A stretch of DNA of 64,000 bases from Muribaculaceae bacterium. Lineage in GTDB: Bacteria; Bacteroidota; Bacteroidia; Bacteroidales; Muribaculaceae. The DNA lies in NCBI GenBank assembly GCA_017618355.1, contig JAFZUL010000146.1, positions 4,704-68,703 of the forward strand, written 5' to 3'. Below are positions 20,107-30,834 of this stretch, one piece after another. The position numbers were made by a program, and so were the translations under genes. The notes under the pieces are model-generated. The model had not been told where the DNA came from and ran no database searches. It saw nothing but the letters and a program-made list of their open reading frames with translations. Numbering within the stretch: position 1 is the first letter of the stretch; each line of letters begins with the position of its first letter.

Positions 20107-23100
20107 TTATTTGAAAATTTTCTTCACGGCGGTGTGAGTGCCGTCGCTGTAGCGGGTAACCACAATGTTCAAGCCCTGGAATGGCTTATCGCTAGTCATA
20201 CCCATGCCGTTGACATACTCAACACCAACCACCTCACGATATCCGTCGGTAAAGATTCCGTTGATGGATGTGATAGTGCCATCGTCGTCCACGTCCATGC
20301 GCACCCAGTTGTCAAGCGGATAAACCACAAAGCCAGTAGGCGCCTCCTCATCGAGTGGCATAACGTTTTTGGTGGTATTGTTCACTTTGTTTACATTGAG
20401 GTGACCAAAGCCTGTGAAGTTATACACTCCACCATCCTCAAGTGTTCCAACAGCATGAGATGGGTCATTGTACAATGAGAAGTCGGCGTAGAACGCACCA
20501 TCGATTGTACCAACGCTATTGTAAACTGGAGATGCAACAACGAATTGGTCTTTACCGGCATCCCACATAGCCCACCAAACATTGACAACCTCCATTGGTT
20601 TGGCTGGAACGAAGAAATAGTCACCAGTGAGAGCCATCATTGACGGATCGAAGTTTGTAGCGAGGTAATCATTCAGGCTAACCGAAGTCATTTCGCCATT
20701 AGTTGGCAACTTCGTAAGATTCAATGTTGGATTCACCTTGTTGACAAGAACACCTCTCACGCCCTTGAGTTTGTGTTTTATTGGCACTTGGGTGAGATCC
20801 TTACCTTCGGGAACATTGAGTACAATCCAGTTACTCTGATCCCAGCTGCCAGTGTGCCACCCATGACTCTTCATGAAGTCGGTCTGTCCAGCCTGCATCT
20901 CGACAGGGTTGTTATATCCATTGTCATCCTTACAATAGATTGTTTTCTCATCATTGCCAACATAGGCCGCAATGAGATTCTCATCAACAATGCGATACTC
21001 CTTACCCACTACAATGCTCGGTTCATTGGCAATCTGCGCCAGGGTCACCTTAGTAGGCAACGGAGTGCAGAAACCTATCTCTAAGAAGTCGGGATAAGAG
21101 CCTCCACCTGTCAATCTTACCATATAAATCATGCGAGGATCGAGAGTCGCCGAGGCAATTACTCCTGTAGTGCCTTGCTTACTATCGACAGCAGATGTTG
21201 AGACAGTTATTGTGCCATCGGCATTCTCGGCACACTCATAGATTGCCAAAGTTGCATTTGAAGTAGAGTTATTACCACCCTTAACATAAGCCTTAACCTG
21301 GGTGCAATTGGTAACATAGAAGGTTTGGTTACCACTACCGTAGATTGAATAAGCTTGACTACTACCAAAGTATGATGATTGGCCTTGGAACACATCGTTT
21401 GCGTTCCATGAATTGTTATATTGCGACAACGATGTGGTTGTCAACCAGTTCTGATTAGCGTCAGCCTTCATTGCGCCATAGCTTGACAGTGTGAGCCAAC
21501 CAACATTGTCGTCCTCATACTCAATATATTTATAAATAGTGCTCATACCGCTTACTGTAGCACCTGCCTCGTCGATGGTGGCGCACTTGGCAATATCCAA
21601 GTAGAGGTCGCTTGCTGTACCTCCAGCAGCACAAACACCCTTGAGACTAACAGTTGTAGTAAGAGTTCCACTTGTTAAAGTAACAGTACCAGTGAAAGTT
21701 CCCTCATATTCTGGCGCACTAAATGTAACTGTGATGTCAGTTCCACTCTCAGCCTCAGCCATTGCTATACTTTGAGCAGATACAGCAAACACATTGCTCG
21801 GATCACTGAGTGTTACTGTGACATTGTCGGACAACATCCTAGCCTTCACATTTACAGTAGTGCTATAAGTCTCGCCAGGATTAGCTCGCATAGCCACCTG
21901 TGCTGGCGAAACCGTCAAAATAGGCTTGTTGAGTGGAGTCTTAAAACCTATCTCATAAACCCTTGACTTGGTAGTTGATACAACCACCTTATAAATCTTA
22001 CTCTCATCAAGAGCTATCGAAGTAAGAGTGAAATTGCTGCTCTTTGTTGAGAATGATTCCTGGTCGGTGGTTGCATTTGCTGCGGTGATTGTTCCATCGG
22101 CATTCTTGGTGCACTCGTAAATATACAAATAGGCTGGATAAGTTCTATTACCACTAGCACTCTCGTTATATCCATAGACTTTCACTTGTGTGCAGTTTGT
22201 CACAAAGTATGTCATGGTTTGAGTTGTATAGCTAGTACCATTGCGCACATAATAAGTAGCTCCATTTGTGCCATATTCAGTATTGCCTTTGAATATATCG
22301 GTTGCTGACCAAGAGCCATAAGTGGTCGTTACAGCTGTTACCCCCGAAGTAATCCAACCTTGATCAGCGGCAGCTAAGTGAGCACCATAGGCAGGCAGTG
22401 TCAACCATGCAACACCATCATTGTCATATTCTGTATATTTATATAAGTAAGTGCCAGTGTAATCGCCCATGCCCGCCTCATCGATAGTGGCATATTTGGC
22501 TACATTAAGGTAATCATCACTAGCTGTTCCACCATCACTAGCTGTAGCACTGAGAGTTACAGTAATAGGATCAACACCTTCGGTCGTAAATGTGACAGAG
22601 CCTGTATAAATGCCATCAGTTGCACTTTGGAAAGTGACGTTGACCATTGCACCCTCCTCGGCATCTTCTGCTGTGATTGTTTCAGGATTTATCGTAAACA
22701 CTCCGCTTGGGTCGTTGAGCGTTACAGTAACGTTGCCAACCAGGTCGGCACCAAGAACATCAATAGTTTTCGTTGTTGATGTGTTGATATCGGTACTGAA
22801 AATCAGAGACTCAGGATCAACTACCATCTCTGGTTCATTGACCTTACCAATGAGTGATACGGTCTGAGAGTCGCCTGAAGGGGTTGATAGGGTTATTGTG
22901 CCAGTGTAATTACTCTCAGAATAAACCGTTGGGGTAAATGTCACAGTAGCAGTATAACCATCTTCATTCTCGGCCTGCTCAATGCTAATGTTGTTGTTGT
23001 CAATAGAGAACACCCCGTTGGCGTCACTCAGTGTAGCGGTAACAGGCCCAGCAAGATACTGACCCATAACAGTAAATGTGGCGGTCTTGGGTTTATTGAC

Positions 23101-26100
23101 TCCAGTAGTGATTGTCAATTGTGTTGGCTCAACCAGCAATGTTGGATTCAACACTTCACCATAAACAATTACTGAGGTAGCTGCCTCTCCACTAGTAAGA
23201 TTTATTTCACCAATGTAGCTGTCCTTTGCAGGTGGAGTGAAAGTAACTGTTACCACATAGCCATCGGCTGCTTCGGCTTCTTCAATGGTAATGCTGTTGT
23301 GGTCAATTGAGAATGCATTATCCTCATTTTCGCCAAATGTTGCAGTAATACCAGTTGCTAGGTATTGGCCTTTAACTGTGAATGTAGCAGTTGCCGAACG
23401 ACCAATTCCCGTTTGTATGGTAAGCTCGCTGGGGGTAGCAGTAATTGATGGAGGCATAACATGTCCACTGAGGTTTACCACAACACTTTCGGCCTTATTG
23501 CTCGACAGTGTCACACTGCCTGTGTATTCACCTGTCGCTTGCGGTGCAAAGGTAACGTTCACGGTATAACCATTATCACCCTCAGCTTGCTCTATTGTGA
23601 TGTTTGTTGGATTAATGGTAAACACTCCATTAGCATCGGCAAGCGTCGCCGTGATTGGGGATATCAGATTCTCGCCCGCAACTATAAAACTTGCAGTTGC
23701 AGTGCCGCCCACTTTCGACTCTAGTCTCAGCGTGGTTGGGTCGGCAATGAGTTCTGGAGCGAGAACAGCACCAGTAATTGGAATATTTACCGAGCTTGCT
23801 TCACTGCTACTCAATTTTATTTGACCTGAATAGGAACCCAAATCCGTTGGGATATAGGTCACAGTAATATTATAGCCATTATTGCTTTGGGCCTGACTAA
23901 CGGTAATATTTGTTGTGTTTATTGAGAACACATTATCGCCAGTGAGAGTTGCTGTAATGTTACCCTTTAGGTTCGCACCCTTGACATTAATGGTCTTGGT
24001 TAAAGTTTGACCTATCTTGCCCTCAAATGACAGGCTTGTGGGATTGGCTGTTATAACAGGAACTATAGTCGTCGATGTACCTGTTATTGCTACCGAAGCA
24101 GTGCCGGCACCAGTGCCAACAGTAGTAAAGTTCAGAGTAGCAGTTGTTGTTCCTGCCGCTGTTGGGTTGTAAGTCACAGTTACGGTGTAACCTTGTGTGG
24201 CTTGACTGGCAGTTATGGTCGTTGGCGACACCGAGTACATACCATTGCCACCGCTTATTGATGCAGAAACATTTCCCTGCAAGTTGGTTCCTGTAATGGT
24301 AACTGTTTTAGTATAAGTCTCTCCAGTGTTACCTGTGAATGTCAAACTTGTTGGGCTAGCAGTCAACGCTGGAGCATTGTATTTACCCTTACCAGTGAGC
24401 GAAACAGTCACGGTTGTGGCATTGGTGCTTGTCAAGGTTACTGTGCCGTTATAGGTAGCACTGGTGTTGGCAGTAGGGCTAAATGTGACAGTCACAGTAG
24501 CACTTGCTGTTCCATTGCTATTTTTAGTGATTGAGGTCTTATCAATCGTAAAATTGTTGCCACTCTTGGATAATGAAATATTGCCCTCAAGGTTCTGGCC
24601 TGTAACAGTAAATGTCTTTGTTGTAGTAGTCCCTGCCGTTATCTCTCCAAAATCAAGACTTGTGGGATTGGCCGCAATAACTGGAACATTCTGAGGACAG
24701 ATATAAGCTATACCAGCCAGAGCGTCGATTTTGCCGTTACCAAAGTGGCTAGCATTTGCGCCACCGTCAGTATAATTGTCATGGATGGCTGTTTCAGCCA
24801 TGATGGTCTTAACATCGTTTACAGTAAGACCATTGGGATAGTTTTGCTTGCCAGCGTCGGTGTTAGCAGCCTGCATCCACAATGCAACTATACCTGCAGC
24901 GGTCGGGGTAGCCATTGAGGTGCCTTCCATATAAGCATATGGGTTGGTAGAGCTATTTACTACCAAGTCGCCACTGTAATTACTGCCATAATAGCTATAG
25001 TTATCAACTGATGCAGTATGATTATGGTTCACACCGGCGATGAGGCGAGCTCCAGGAGCGGTAATCCATGGGTAGTACTGTCCTGTGAGGCTAGTGGAAG
25101 TTGTGCCCCAACTTGAGAAATCGGCAATGTCACCAATGGTGTAGCTGGTGTTCATGCCGCCATTTTTGGTCGCGTATGCACCAATAGAAATCACATTAGA
25201 TATAGTTGCCTCGTCACTGTAGCAGCCATCATCGGTACCAGCCGTCCAAGTATAACCACTTGTCGAGAGGTAATTGGTAAAGTAACCATAAGAACCTCCC
25301 CAAACATCAATCACAGAGCTACCACTTGATGGCGCAAACTCTACAGCGAGAGTGTAATTACTCTTATAGTAGGTACTCCCATTCTGTGTCGTAGTAGAAG
25401 TACTACGTGATGTAAGACCAGAGGTATAAAGCATTATCTGGGTTTTGTTAGAACTTACATAGTTCTTGTAGGCATAAAGCGAACCACTGAAATAAGAACT
25501 CAGCCCAGAAACACTTGCACCATTAGTGGTAGGATTAACAGTCACCGTTGTTAAAACTGCTCCAGTGTTTGCATTAAGAACATATATTTTACAAGTCATA
25601 TTGCTCACACTCGTTGAGCGTGCCCAAGCGTTAGCTATTATACCATAGTAATAATATCCCGCATCAGTGTTGGTATAGGATGCTGAACGCAAGATAGATC
25701 TTAACGGGCTTGAACTTGAGGCGGTACCTGTTAAGTGATAACCACCACCCTCGTTGTCCTTGCTCTTGCCGCCATCATTTGATGCAGCGAAAAGAACCAC
25801 ACGATTAGGATGGCTGGCACCAAAGTAGCTATTATAAATGTCGGCAATGTCACCAGTGCCATCATGGGGACCAAACTGTGATCCCCAGCTGTTGCTTACC
25901 ACAAGAGGTTTGCCTTGCTGGTCAGCGTAAGTAATAATTTTGCTGAGAGCGTTCGACAGATAAGTGTCGTTCAAGCCATTGATGCCAGCAAGATAGAGGT
26001 CGGCACCAGGCGCCATGCCGCCGTACGTGGCATTGGCGTGATTGTCGGTGACGGTGACATTGCTTCCACTAACAATCACACTTGAACCACCAGCGGTAGA

Positions 26101-26823
26101 ACTGGTGTGAGTGCCGTGGTCTTCGCTTTTGTCATCAGTAAGAGTAGAGCTTGAGATAGATGAATACTCTTGAGCCGAGCTACCATTATACACATACGCC
26201 TTCTTGATGCGGCTGTTGCCATCTTTGTCCTTAAAGGCAATGTGGTTGAAGTCGATACCAGTGTCTATCACGCCTAGCACCACTCCGCTACCGTCGAAGG
26301 CGCTGGGCAGACCTGCCGACTGGGCATCGGCACTGTAGGTGAGAACATCATCCACATTGGTCTTCTGACGAGCAGTGTTAGTAGATTTCCGCATCAAGGT
26401 AGCAGCTTTCACACTCTTTACCGAGGCAATGGCTGCCACTTCCTCAATCTTATCAACAGGGATAAGGGCAGTAACGAGCTTGCCGTCAAGGAACTGTTCT
26501 TGAATTTCAACACCCAGCGACTCAAGTTTACCTATCGCTGCAGGGTCTTCCAAACGCACGAAAGCCGACATGTAGTTCTGACCGTTGACAACAACAGGAT
26601 CGGCCACAAACTGGCTCTCTTTCTCTGCAGCCTCAAAGGTTCCTGCAACTGGCTTCAAACCAGCAGCTTTAGCTTTTCTGAGGTTTTCTTGATCCACTTG
26701 GATTGTTCCGTTCAGTTTGTCCAGGAAAATCTGTGTGGAAATCGACAGCTTGCTGACATCTTGTCCTAAAGCTATCGCTGTCGCCGAGATAGCGACAATG
26801 AAAAACAATAAAATTTTCTTCAT
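20107..26823 (-). CDS. S8 subtilisin-like protease with tandem choice-of-anchor-D/ASH-like Ig repeats and a T9SS-type CTD
   Basis: Catalytic triad VIDTG, HGTHT, GTSMA; about 8 repeats 'P.I.A.PTSL.F...TF.V.G.NL...VTF.P...Y.G.VTL'; CTD; -7 box TACTTTTG at 26886-26893. Confidence 0.92.
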   Translation of the reverse strand: MKKILLFFIVAISATAIALGQDVSKLSISTQIFLDKLNGTIQVDQENLRKAKAAGLKPVAGTFEAAEKESQFVADPVVVNGQNYMSAFVRLEDPAAIGKLESLGVEIQEQFLDGKLVTALIPVDKIEEVAAIASVKSVKAATLMRKSTNTARQKTNVDDVLTYSADAQSAGLPSAFDGSGVVLGVIDTGIDFNHIAFKDKDGNSRIKKAYVYNGSSAQEYSSISSSTLTDDKSEDHGTHTSSTAGGSSVIVSGSNVTVTDNHANATYGGMAPGADLYLAGINGLNDTYLSNALSKIITYADQQGKPLVVSNSWGSQFGPHDGTGDIADIYNSYFGASHPNRVVLFAASNDGGKSKDNEGGGYHLTGTASSSSPLRSILRSASYTNTDAGYYYYGIIANAWARSTSVSNMTCKIYVLNANTGAVLTTVTVNPTTNGASVSGLSSYFSGSLYAYKNYVSSNKTQIMLYTSGLTSRSTSTTTQNGSTYYKSNYTLAVEFAPSSGSSVIDVWGGSYGYFTNYLSTSGYTWTAGTDDGCYSDEATISNVISIGAYATKNGGMNTSYTIGDIADFSSWGTTSTSLTGQYYPWITAPGARLIAGVNHNHTASVDNYSYYGSNYSGDLVVNSSTNPYAYMEGTSMATPTAAGIVALWMQAANTDAGKQNYPNGLTVNDVKTIMAETAIHDNYTDGGANASHFGNGKIDALAGIAYICPQNVPVIAANPTSLDFGEITAGTTTTKTFTVTGQNLEGNISLSKSGNNFTIDKTSITKNSNGTASATVTVTFSPTANTSATYNGTVTLTSTNATTVTVSLTGKGKYNAPALTASPTSLTFTGNTGETYTKTVTITGTNLQGNVSASISGGNGMYSVSPTTITASQATQGYTVTVTYNPTAAGTTTATLNFTTVGTGAGTASVAITGTSTTIVPVITANPTSLSFEGKIGQTLTKTINVKGANLKGNITATLTGDNVFSINTTNITVSQAQSNNGYNITVTYIPTDLGSYSGQIKLSSSEASSVNIPITGAVLAPELIADPTTLRLESKVGGTATASFIVAGENLISPITATLADANGVFTINPTNITIEQAEGDNGYTVNVTFAPQATGEYTGSVTLSSNKAESVVVNLSGHVMPPSITATPSELTIQTGIGRSATATFTVKGQYLATGITATFGENEDNAFSIDHNSITIEEAEAADGYVVTVTFTPPAKDSYIGEINLTSGEAATSVIVYGEVLNPTLLVEPTQLTITTGVNKPKTATFTVMGQYLAGPVTATLSDANGVFSIDNNNISIEQAENEDGYTATVTFTPTVYSESNYTGTITLSTPSGDSQTVSLIGKVNEPEMVVDPESLIFSTDINTSTTKTIDVLGADLVGNVTVTLNDPSGVFTINPETITAEDAEEGAMVNVTFQSATDGIYTGSVTFTTEGVDPITVTLSATASDGGTASDDYLNVAKYATIDEAGMGDYTGTYLYKYTEYDNDGVAWLTLPAYGAHLAAADQGWITSGVTAVTTTYGSWSATDIFKGNTEYGTNGATYYVRNGTSYTTQTMTYFVTNCTQVKVYGYNESASGNRTYPAYLYIYECTKNADGTITAANATTDQESFSTKSSNFTLTSIALDESKIYKVVVSTTKSRVYEIGFKTPLNKPILTVSPAQVAMRANPGETYSTTVNVKARMLSDNVTVTLSDPSNVFAVSAQSIAMAEAESGTDITVTFSAPEYEGTFTGTVTLTSGTLTTTVSLKGVCAAGGTASDLYLDIAKCATIDEAGATVSGMSTIYKYIEYEDDNVGWLTLSSYGAMKADANQNWLTTTSLSQYNNSWNANDVFQGQSSYFGSSQAYSIYGSGNQTFYVTNCTQVKAYVKGGNNSTSNATLAIYECAENADGTITVSTSAVDSKQGTTGVIASATLDPRMIYMVRLTGGGSYPDFLEIGFCTPLPTKVTLAQIANEPSIVVGKEYRIVDENLIAAYVGNDEKTIYCKDDNGYNNPVEMQAGQTDFMKSHGWHTGSWDQSNWIVLNVPEGKDLTQVPIKHKLKGVRGVLVNKVNPTLNLTKLPTNGEMTSVSLNDYLATNFDPSMMALTGDYFFVPAKPMEVVNVWWAMWDAGKDQFVVASPVYNSVGTIDGAFYADFSLYNDPSHAVGTLEDGGVYNFTGFGHLNVNKVNNTTKNVMPLDEEAPTGFVVYPLDNWVRMDVDDDGTITSINGIFTDGYREVVGVEYVNGMGMTSDKPFQGLNIVVTRYSDGTHTAVKKIFK

Positions 26824-27198
26824 TTCTTGTCGTAATATTTAGTTATATATTCTTCTTGAGGTTAATTTATTTTTAAAATAAACCGCAAAAGTACATAAAA
26901 AACATTGACATTAAGCAACAGATTCCACATTTTTAAACCAAACAGCATCTTTTTTCAACGAATTTCAACGAATTTATCAAAATAAATAGGGCATAAGCAC
27001 TAAAATATTCATAAGACCATAAAACACATTTATGATGTGAAATACAGGAGTTTGCTAAATTGTTTTTTGTTCTTGTGATAATTTCAGTCTTGAATTGCGT
27101 GGAAAATGAAAAAATAATTCTTATCTTTGCGCTTGTTTACAAGACAACCTATTAACTACTCTACTATTAAACTACTCAACTATCAAAATATACACATC

Positions 27199-27894
27199 AT
27201 GAAACAGAAACGCATTACTGTAGCCATCGACGGCCATTCGTCTTGTGGTAAAAGCACAATGGCAAAGGCTCTTGCAAAGCGCGTGGGCTATGCCTACATC
27301 GACACTGGCGCCATGTACCGCGCCGTGACGCTCTACTGCCTGGAGCACGACATGATTAAGGGCGAGGAGGTGAACAAACCCCGCCTGCGCCGCCACATTC
27401 CTAAAATTGAAATCACCTTCCAGGTAAACGAGGAAGGGAAGAGCGACACCTACCTCAACGGCAAGAACGTGGAGAAGGAGATACGCGGTATGGAGGTGAG
27501 CAACAAGGTGAGCCTCGTGTCAGCAATAGGCTTCGTGCGCCGCGCCATGGTAGCCCAGCAACAAGCTATGGGCAAGAACAAAGGCATTGTGATGGATGGC
27601 CGAGACATAGGCACCGTGGTGTTCCCCGACGCCGAGCTCAAAGTGTTCATTACCGCCAGCGCACAAGTACGCGCCGAACGCCGCTTCAAAGAACTTCAGA
27701 GCAAAGGCGACACCACCACAACCTTTGAGGACGTGCTTGCCAACGTGCAAGAGCGCGACCTGCTCGACTCTACCCGCAAGGAAAGCCCTCTGCGCCAAGC
27801 CGAAGACGCCCTGCTCCTCGATAATTCCAACCTAACACTCGAACAGCAAGATAAATGGCTGTATGAGCAGTTTATGCAGCGTGTAAAAGGTTAA
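27199..27894 (+). CDS. cmk: Cytidylate kinase
   Basis: [12 protein letters not shown]-loop, [19 protein letters not shown]; start corrected to the ATG at 27199. Confidence 0.96.
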   Translation: MKQKRITVAIDGHSSCGKSTMAKALAKRVGYAYIDTGAMYRAVTLYCLEHDMIKGEEVNKPRLRRHIPKIEITFQVNEEGKSDTYLNGKNVEKEIRGMEVSNKVSLVSAIGFVRRAMVAQQQAMGKNKGIVMDGRDIGTVVFPDAELKVFITASAQVRAERRFKELQSKGDTTTTFEDVLANVQERDLLDSTRKESPLRQAEDALLLDNSNLTLEQQDKWLYEQFMQRVKG

Positions 27895-28006
27895 TTTCAA
27901 GAGGTTAGAGGTTAGTGTTTAGAGGTAAGAGATTTATGCTTTCTTCAAAGTTTGAGATAAAGGATTTTTGGGGAGCTTCGACACTAAACATTGAACTTTT
28001 TTAAAA

Positions 28007-28891
28007 ATGGACATCGAAATTGACAATGGCTCTGGGTTCTGCTTTGGAGTGACGACAGCCATCCACAAAGCCGAGGAGGAACTCAACAAGACAGGACACT
28101 TGTTCTGCCTTGGTGACATTGTGCACAATAGTAACGAGGTGGAACGCCTCAAGCAGAAAGGCCTCGTGACCATCACCCACGAGCAATTTAAGGAGCTGCA
28201 CGACGTGAAGGTGTTATTGCGAGCCCATGGCGAGCCGCCCGAGACCTATGAGATTGCTCGTCGCAATAATATCGAAATTATCGACGCCACCTGCCCCGTG
28301 GTGCTGCAGCTGCAACGCCGCATCCGCAAGAGCTACAACGAGACCAAAGATGAAACTCCACCGCAAATCGTCATTTATGGCAAGCGCGGACATGCCGAAG
28401 TCAATGGCTTAGTGGGTCAAACTGATGGCTCGGCGATTGTCATCGAGAGTCTCGATGAGATTGACCGCATTGACTTTGGCAGAGACATATATCTCTACTC
28501 GCAGACCACCAAATCGTTACAGGAATTTCTTGCCCTTGTTAAGGAGATAGAACAGCGCGCCGGCAGCGACGTGAAGTTCAAGAGCTTCGACACCATCTGC
28601 CGCTCGGTTGCGAACCGCATCCCACAAATCCGTGCCTTCGCTGCCCGCCATGAGCTGGTGCTCTTCGTGTGCGGAAAGAAGTCGAGCAACGGCCGCAACC
28701 TCTTCAACGAGTGCGTAGATGCCAACCCCAACTCCCACCTTATCAGCAACGAGAACGACATCGACCCATGTTGGCTCGAGGGCATCAACAGTGTGGGCAT
28801 CTGTGGAGCCACATCTACCCCACGCTGGCTCATGACACAAGTAAAAGATCATATTGATGGAATAGGGAAAAGGAGAGAGGAAAGTGATTAG
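28007..28891 (+). CDS. ispH: 4-hydroxy-3-methylbut-2-enyl diphosphate reductase
   Basis: GFCFGV, IVHN, RAHG, DATCP, DTIC, SSN and GATSTP motifs. Confidence 0.96.
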   Translation: MDIEIDNGSGFCFGVTTAIHKAEEELNKTGHLFCLGDIVHNSNEVERLKQKGLVTITHEQFKELHDVKVLLRAHGEPPETYEIARRNNIEIIDATCPVVLQLQRRIRKSYNETKDETPPQIVIYGKRGHAEVNGLVGQTDGSAIVIESLDEIDRIDFGRDIYLYSQTTKSLQEFLALVKEIEQRAGSDVKFKSFDTICRSVANRIPQIRAFAARHELVLFVCGKKSSNGRNLFNECVDANPNSHLISNENDIDPCWLEGINSVGICGATSTPRWLMTQVKDHIDGIGKRREESD

Positions 28892-28959
28892 AGATGTTTC
28901 CTCTTTTGATAGATTCTCTAGAATGGTTAATGACAAACGAACAACGATAAACGAAACAC

Positions 28960-29862
28960 ATGACCAAACGCACGCTATTTATAATCATTGGACTGTTGGT
29001 GCTACTCGATGTGGCAGCGATAATAATCTACCTCTCTGCACCTAATCGCGAGGGAAAGAGTCCTCTCGACACCACCTACGACAACATCAACAAAGGCACT
29101 CACACCCAAGCCGATGTACTGCCCGATAAGGCCTCGCTCGACGAGTTTGAGACAATAGGAGACAGCGTGAACTTCATCTCTACCGACAAGGTGGAAGACG
29201 GCGGGGAGATGAAACGCATGTCGTCAACGGTGATTATTAACCTACAATGGCCCAAGAAAATCAACGGTAGCAATCAGTTCATGGAATTGCAGAATGCTTT
29301 GATGACCAAGCTCACAGGCAAAACATACCCCAGCGTCAAGCAGATGATGGCAGACCTAACCAATCACCCGAAATTTGTAAAACCCACCACACACTTTACT
29401 CGCATCAACAAGGACTTCAGTGCCAGCCGCAGCGCCAGCCACACCACGCGGCGCTACTCCGTGCAGCCACATTTTGGCACACACTTCCGTCTGGAGATTA
29501 TGGTAGTGACCGAGACCCTCGACGGCGGCCAAGAGTCGCGCACATTCAGCATTATTCACTACGACCGCACACACGGAAAAATCATCACCATCGACCAAAT
29601 TTTTGACACCTCATCGACTAGAGATGTCTTAGCCCTGATAAACCAGAGCATCGAAAACAAAATGATAAAGCAAAACATCGACATGCATGAAGTGGAGAGC
29701 ATACCCAAAGAGTTTGTGCTCGGTGAGAAACACGTAATTTTCTATGTGGAACAAGACTCTAAGCAATATGAGGTAAAAGTGAGCAACGAAGACCTAACCC
29801 CCTATTTTACAGACTATTATAACGACCTAATCATCAACGACACAAAACTGGTTTTATACTAA
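28960..29862 (+). CDS. Hypothetical membrane-anchored protein
   Basis: 300-aa ORF with a single N-terminal TM helix, co-oriented in an operon. Confidence 0.7.
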   Translation: MTKRTLFIIIGLLVLLDVAAIIIYLSAPNREGKSPLDTTYDNINKGTHTQADVLPDKASLDEFETIGDSVNFISTDKVEDGGEMKRMSSTVIINLQWPKKINGSNQFMELQNALMTKLTGKTYPSVKQMMADLTNHPKFVKPTTHFTRINKDFSASRSASHTTRRYSVQPHFGTHFRLEIMVVTETLDGGQESRTFSIIHYDRTHGKIITIDQIFDTSSTRDVLALINQSIENKMIKQNIDMHEVESIPKEFVLGEKHVIFYVEQDSKQYEVKVSNEDLTPYFTDYYNDLIINDTKLVLY

Positions 29863-29919
29863 GATTAAGCGTGAAATTTTAAGTTCTATTTTTTAGCCGT
29901 TCAACTTAAACTGCGAACT

Positions 29920-30681
29920 ATGAACTACGAACAACTGAAGGAATTGCTCGACCGTGAGGCGGCGAGGATCAATACCACCGAATTTATCGCTAATGACCCG
30001 GTGCAGTTTCCGAGGCGATTCTCGTCGTTGCCCGACATCGAAATCACGGCGCTGCTTTCAGCTACCATAGCATGGGGCAACCGCAAAATGATATGCAACA
30101 ATTGCGAGAAGATGCTCACCATAATGGGCAATGAGCCTGCACATTTCGTTAAGAATCAAGGTTATGAGTCTCTACCTGATGAACTGAACATCCACCGCAC
30201 ATTCTTCGCACGCAATTTCAAGTACATGCTGCGGGGACTATATCGCATCTACCAGCACCATAGTTCACTCAATGAATTTGCCGCCACTCACCACGTGGGC
30301 GAGAGTGAGGAGCCTGCTTGGCGACTTGTCTCTCTGATGCAGCACGAACTGGCAGCAGCCAACGGCGGCACCAGCGACTCGCGCTGCCTACCCACAAACC
30401 TTTACAACACGGCCCTTAAGCGCATCAACATGGCATTGAGGTGGCTCGTGCGTGACGACGGCATCGTCGATCTAGGCGTGTGGAACGCCATCAAGCCGTC
30501 GCAGCTTTTTATCCCACTAGATGTGCATGTGGGCAACACCGCGCGAGAACTGGGCATGACCACACGCCGTGCCAACGACAAAAAAACGGTGCTTGAAATC
30601 ACAAGACAGCTCAGCCAACTGCGCCCCAACGACCCCATCATCTACGACTTCGCCCTGTTTGGAATAGGAATTAGTAGCTAA
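29920..30681 (+). CDS. TIGR02757/DUF2400 family protein
   Basis: DPVQFP, KRINMALRWLVR, IPLDVH and DPIIYDFALFG motifs. Confidence 0.88.
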   Translation: MNYEQLKELLDREAARINTTEFIANDPVQFPRRFSSLPDIEITALLSATIAWGNRKMICNNCEKMLTIMGNEPAHFVKNQGYESLPDELNIHRTFFARNFKYMLRGLYRIYQHHSSLNEFAATHHVGESEEPAWRLVSLMQHELAAANGGTSDSRCLPTNLYNTALKRINMALRWLVRDDGIVDLGVWNAIKPSQLFIPLDVHVGNTARELGMTTRRANDKKTVLEITRQLSQLRPNDPIIYDFALFGIGISS

Positions 30682-30834
30682 TTTTTTGTTTTTAGTTTTT
30701 CTAGTAACTCTAGATTCTCCATATTTGTGCATTTTTCAAAAAAATCACATAAAATTTTGTCATTTAAATATTAATGTGTAGTTTTGTAAGATGAAAAAGA
30801 ATAATTTTTAATTAATCCACTAATAATTGCTACT

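Noticed and set aside
26952-26975. TTTCAACGAA tandem duplication in the S8/cmk divergent region
   Set aside because: Two copies in AT-rich DNA with no other support.
27127-27198. Upstream-extended starts in the ORF track (cmk, pfkA, rocD, arcA, M6 protease, acyltransferases)
   Set aside because: The extensions run through promoters, leader DNA or oligomer arrays, and downstream ATGs fit the family N-termini.
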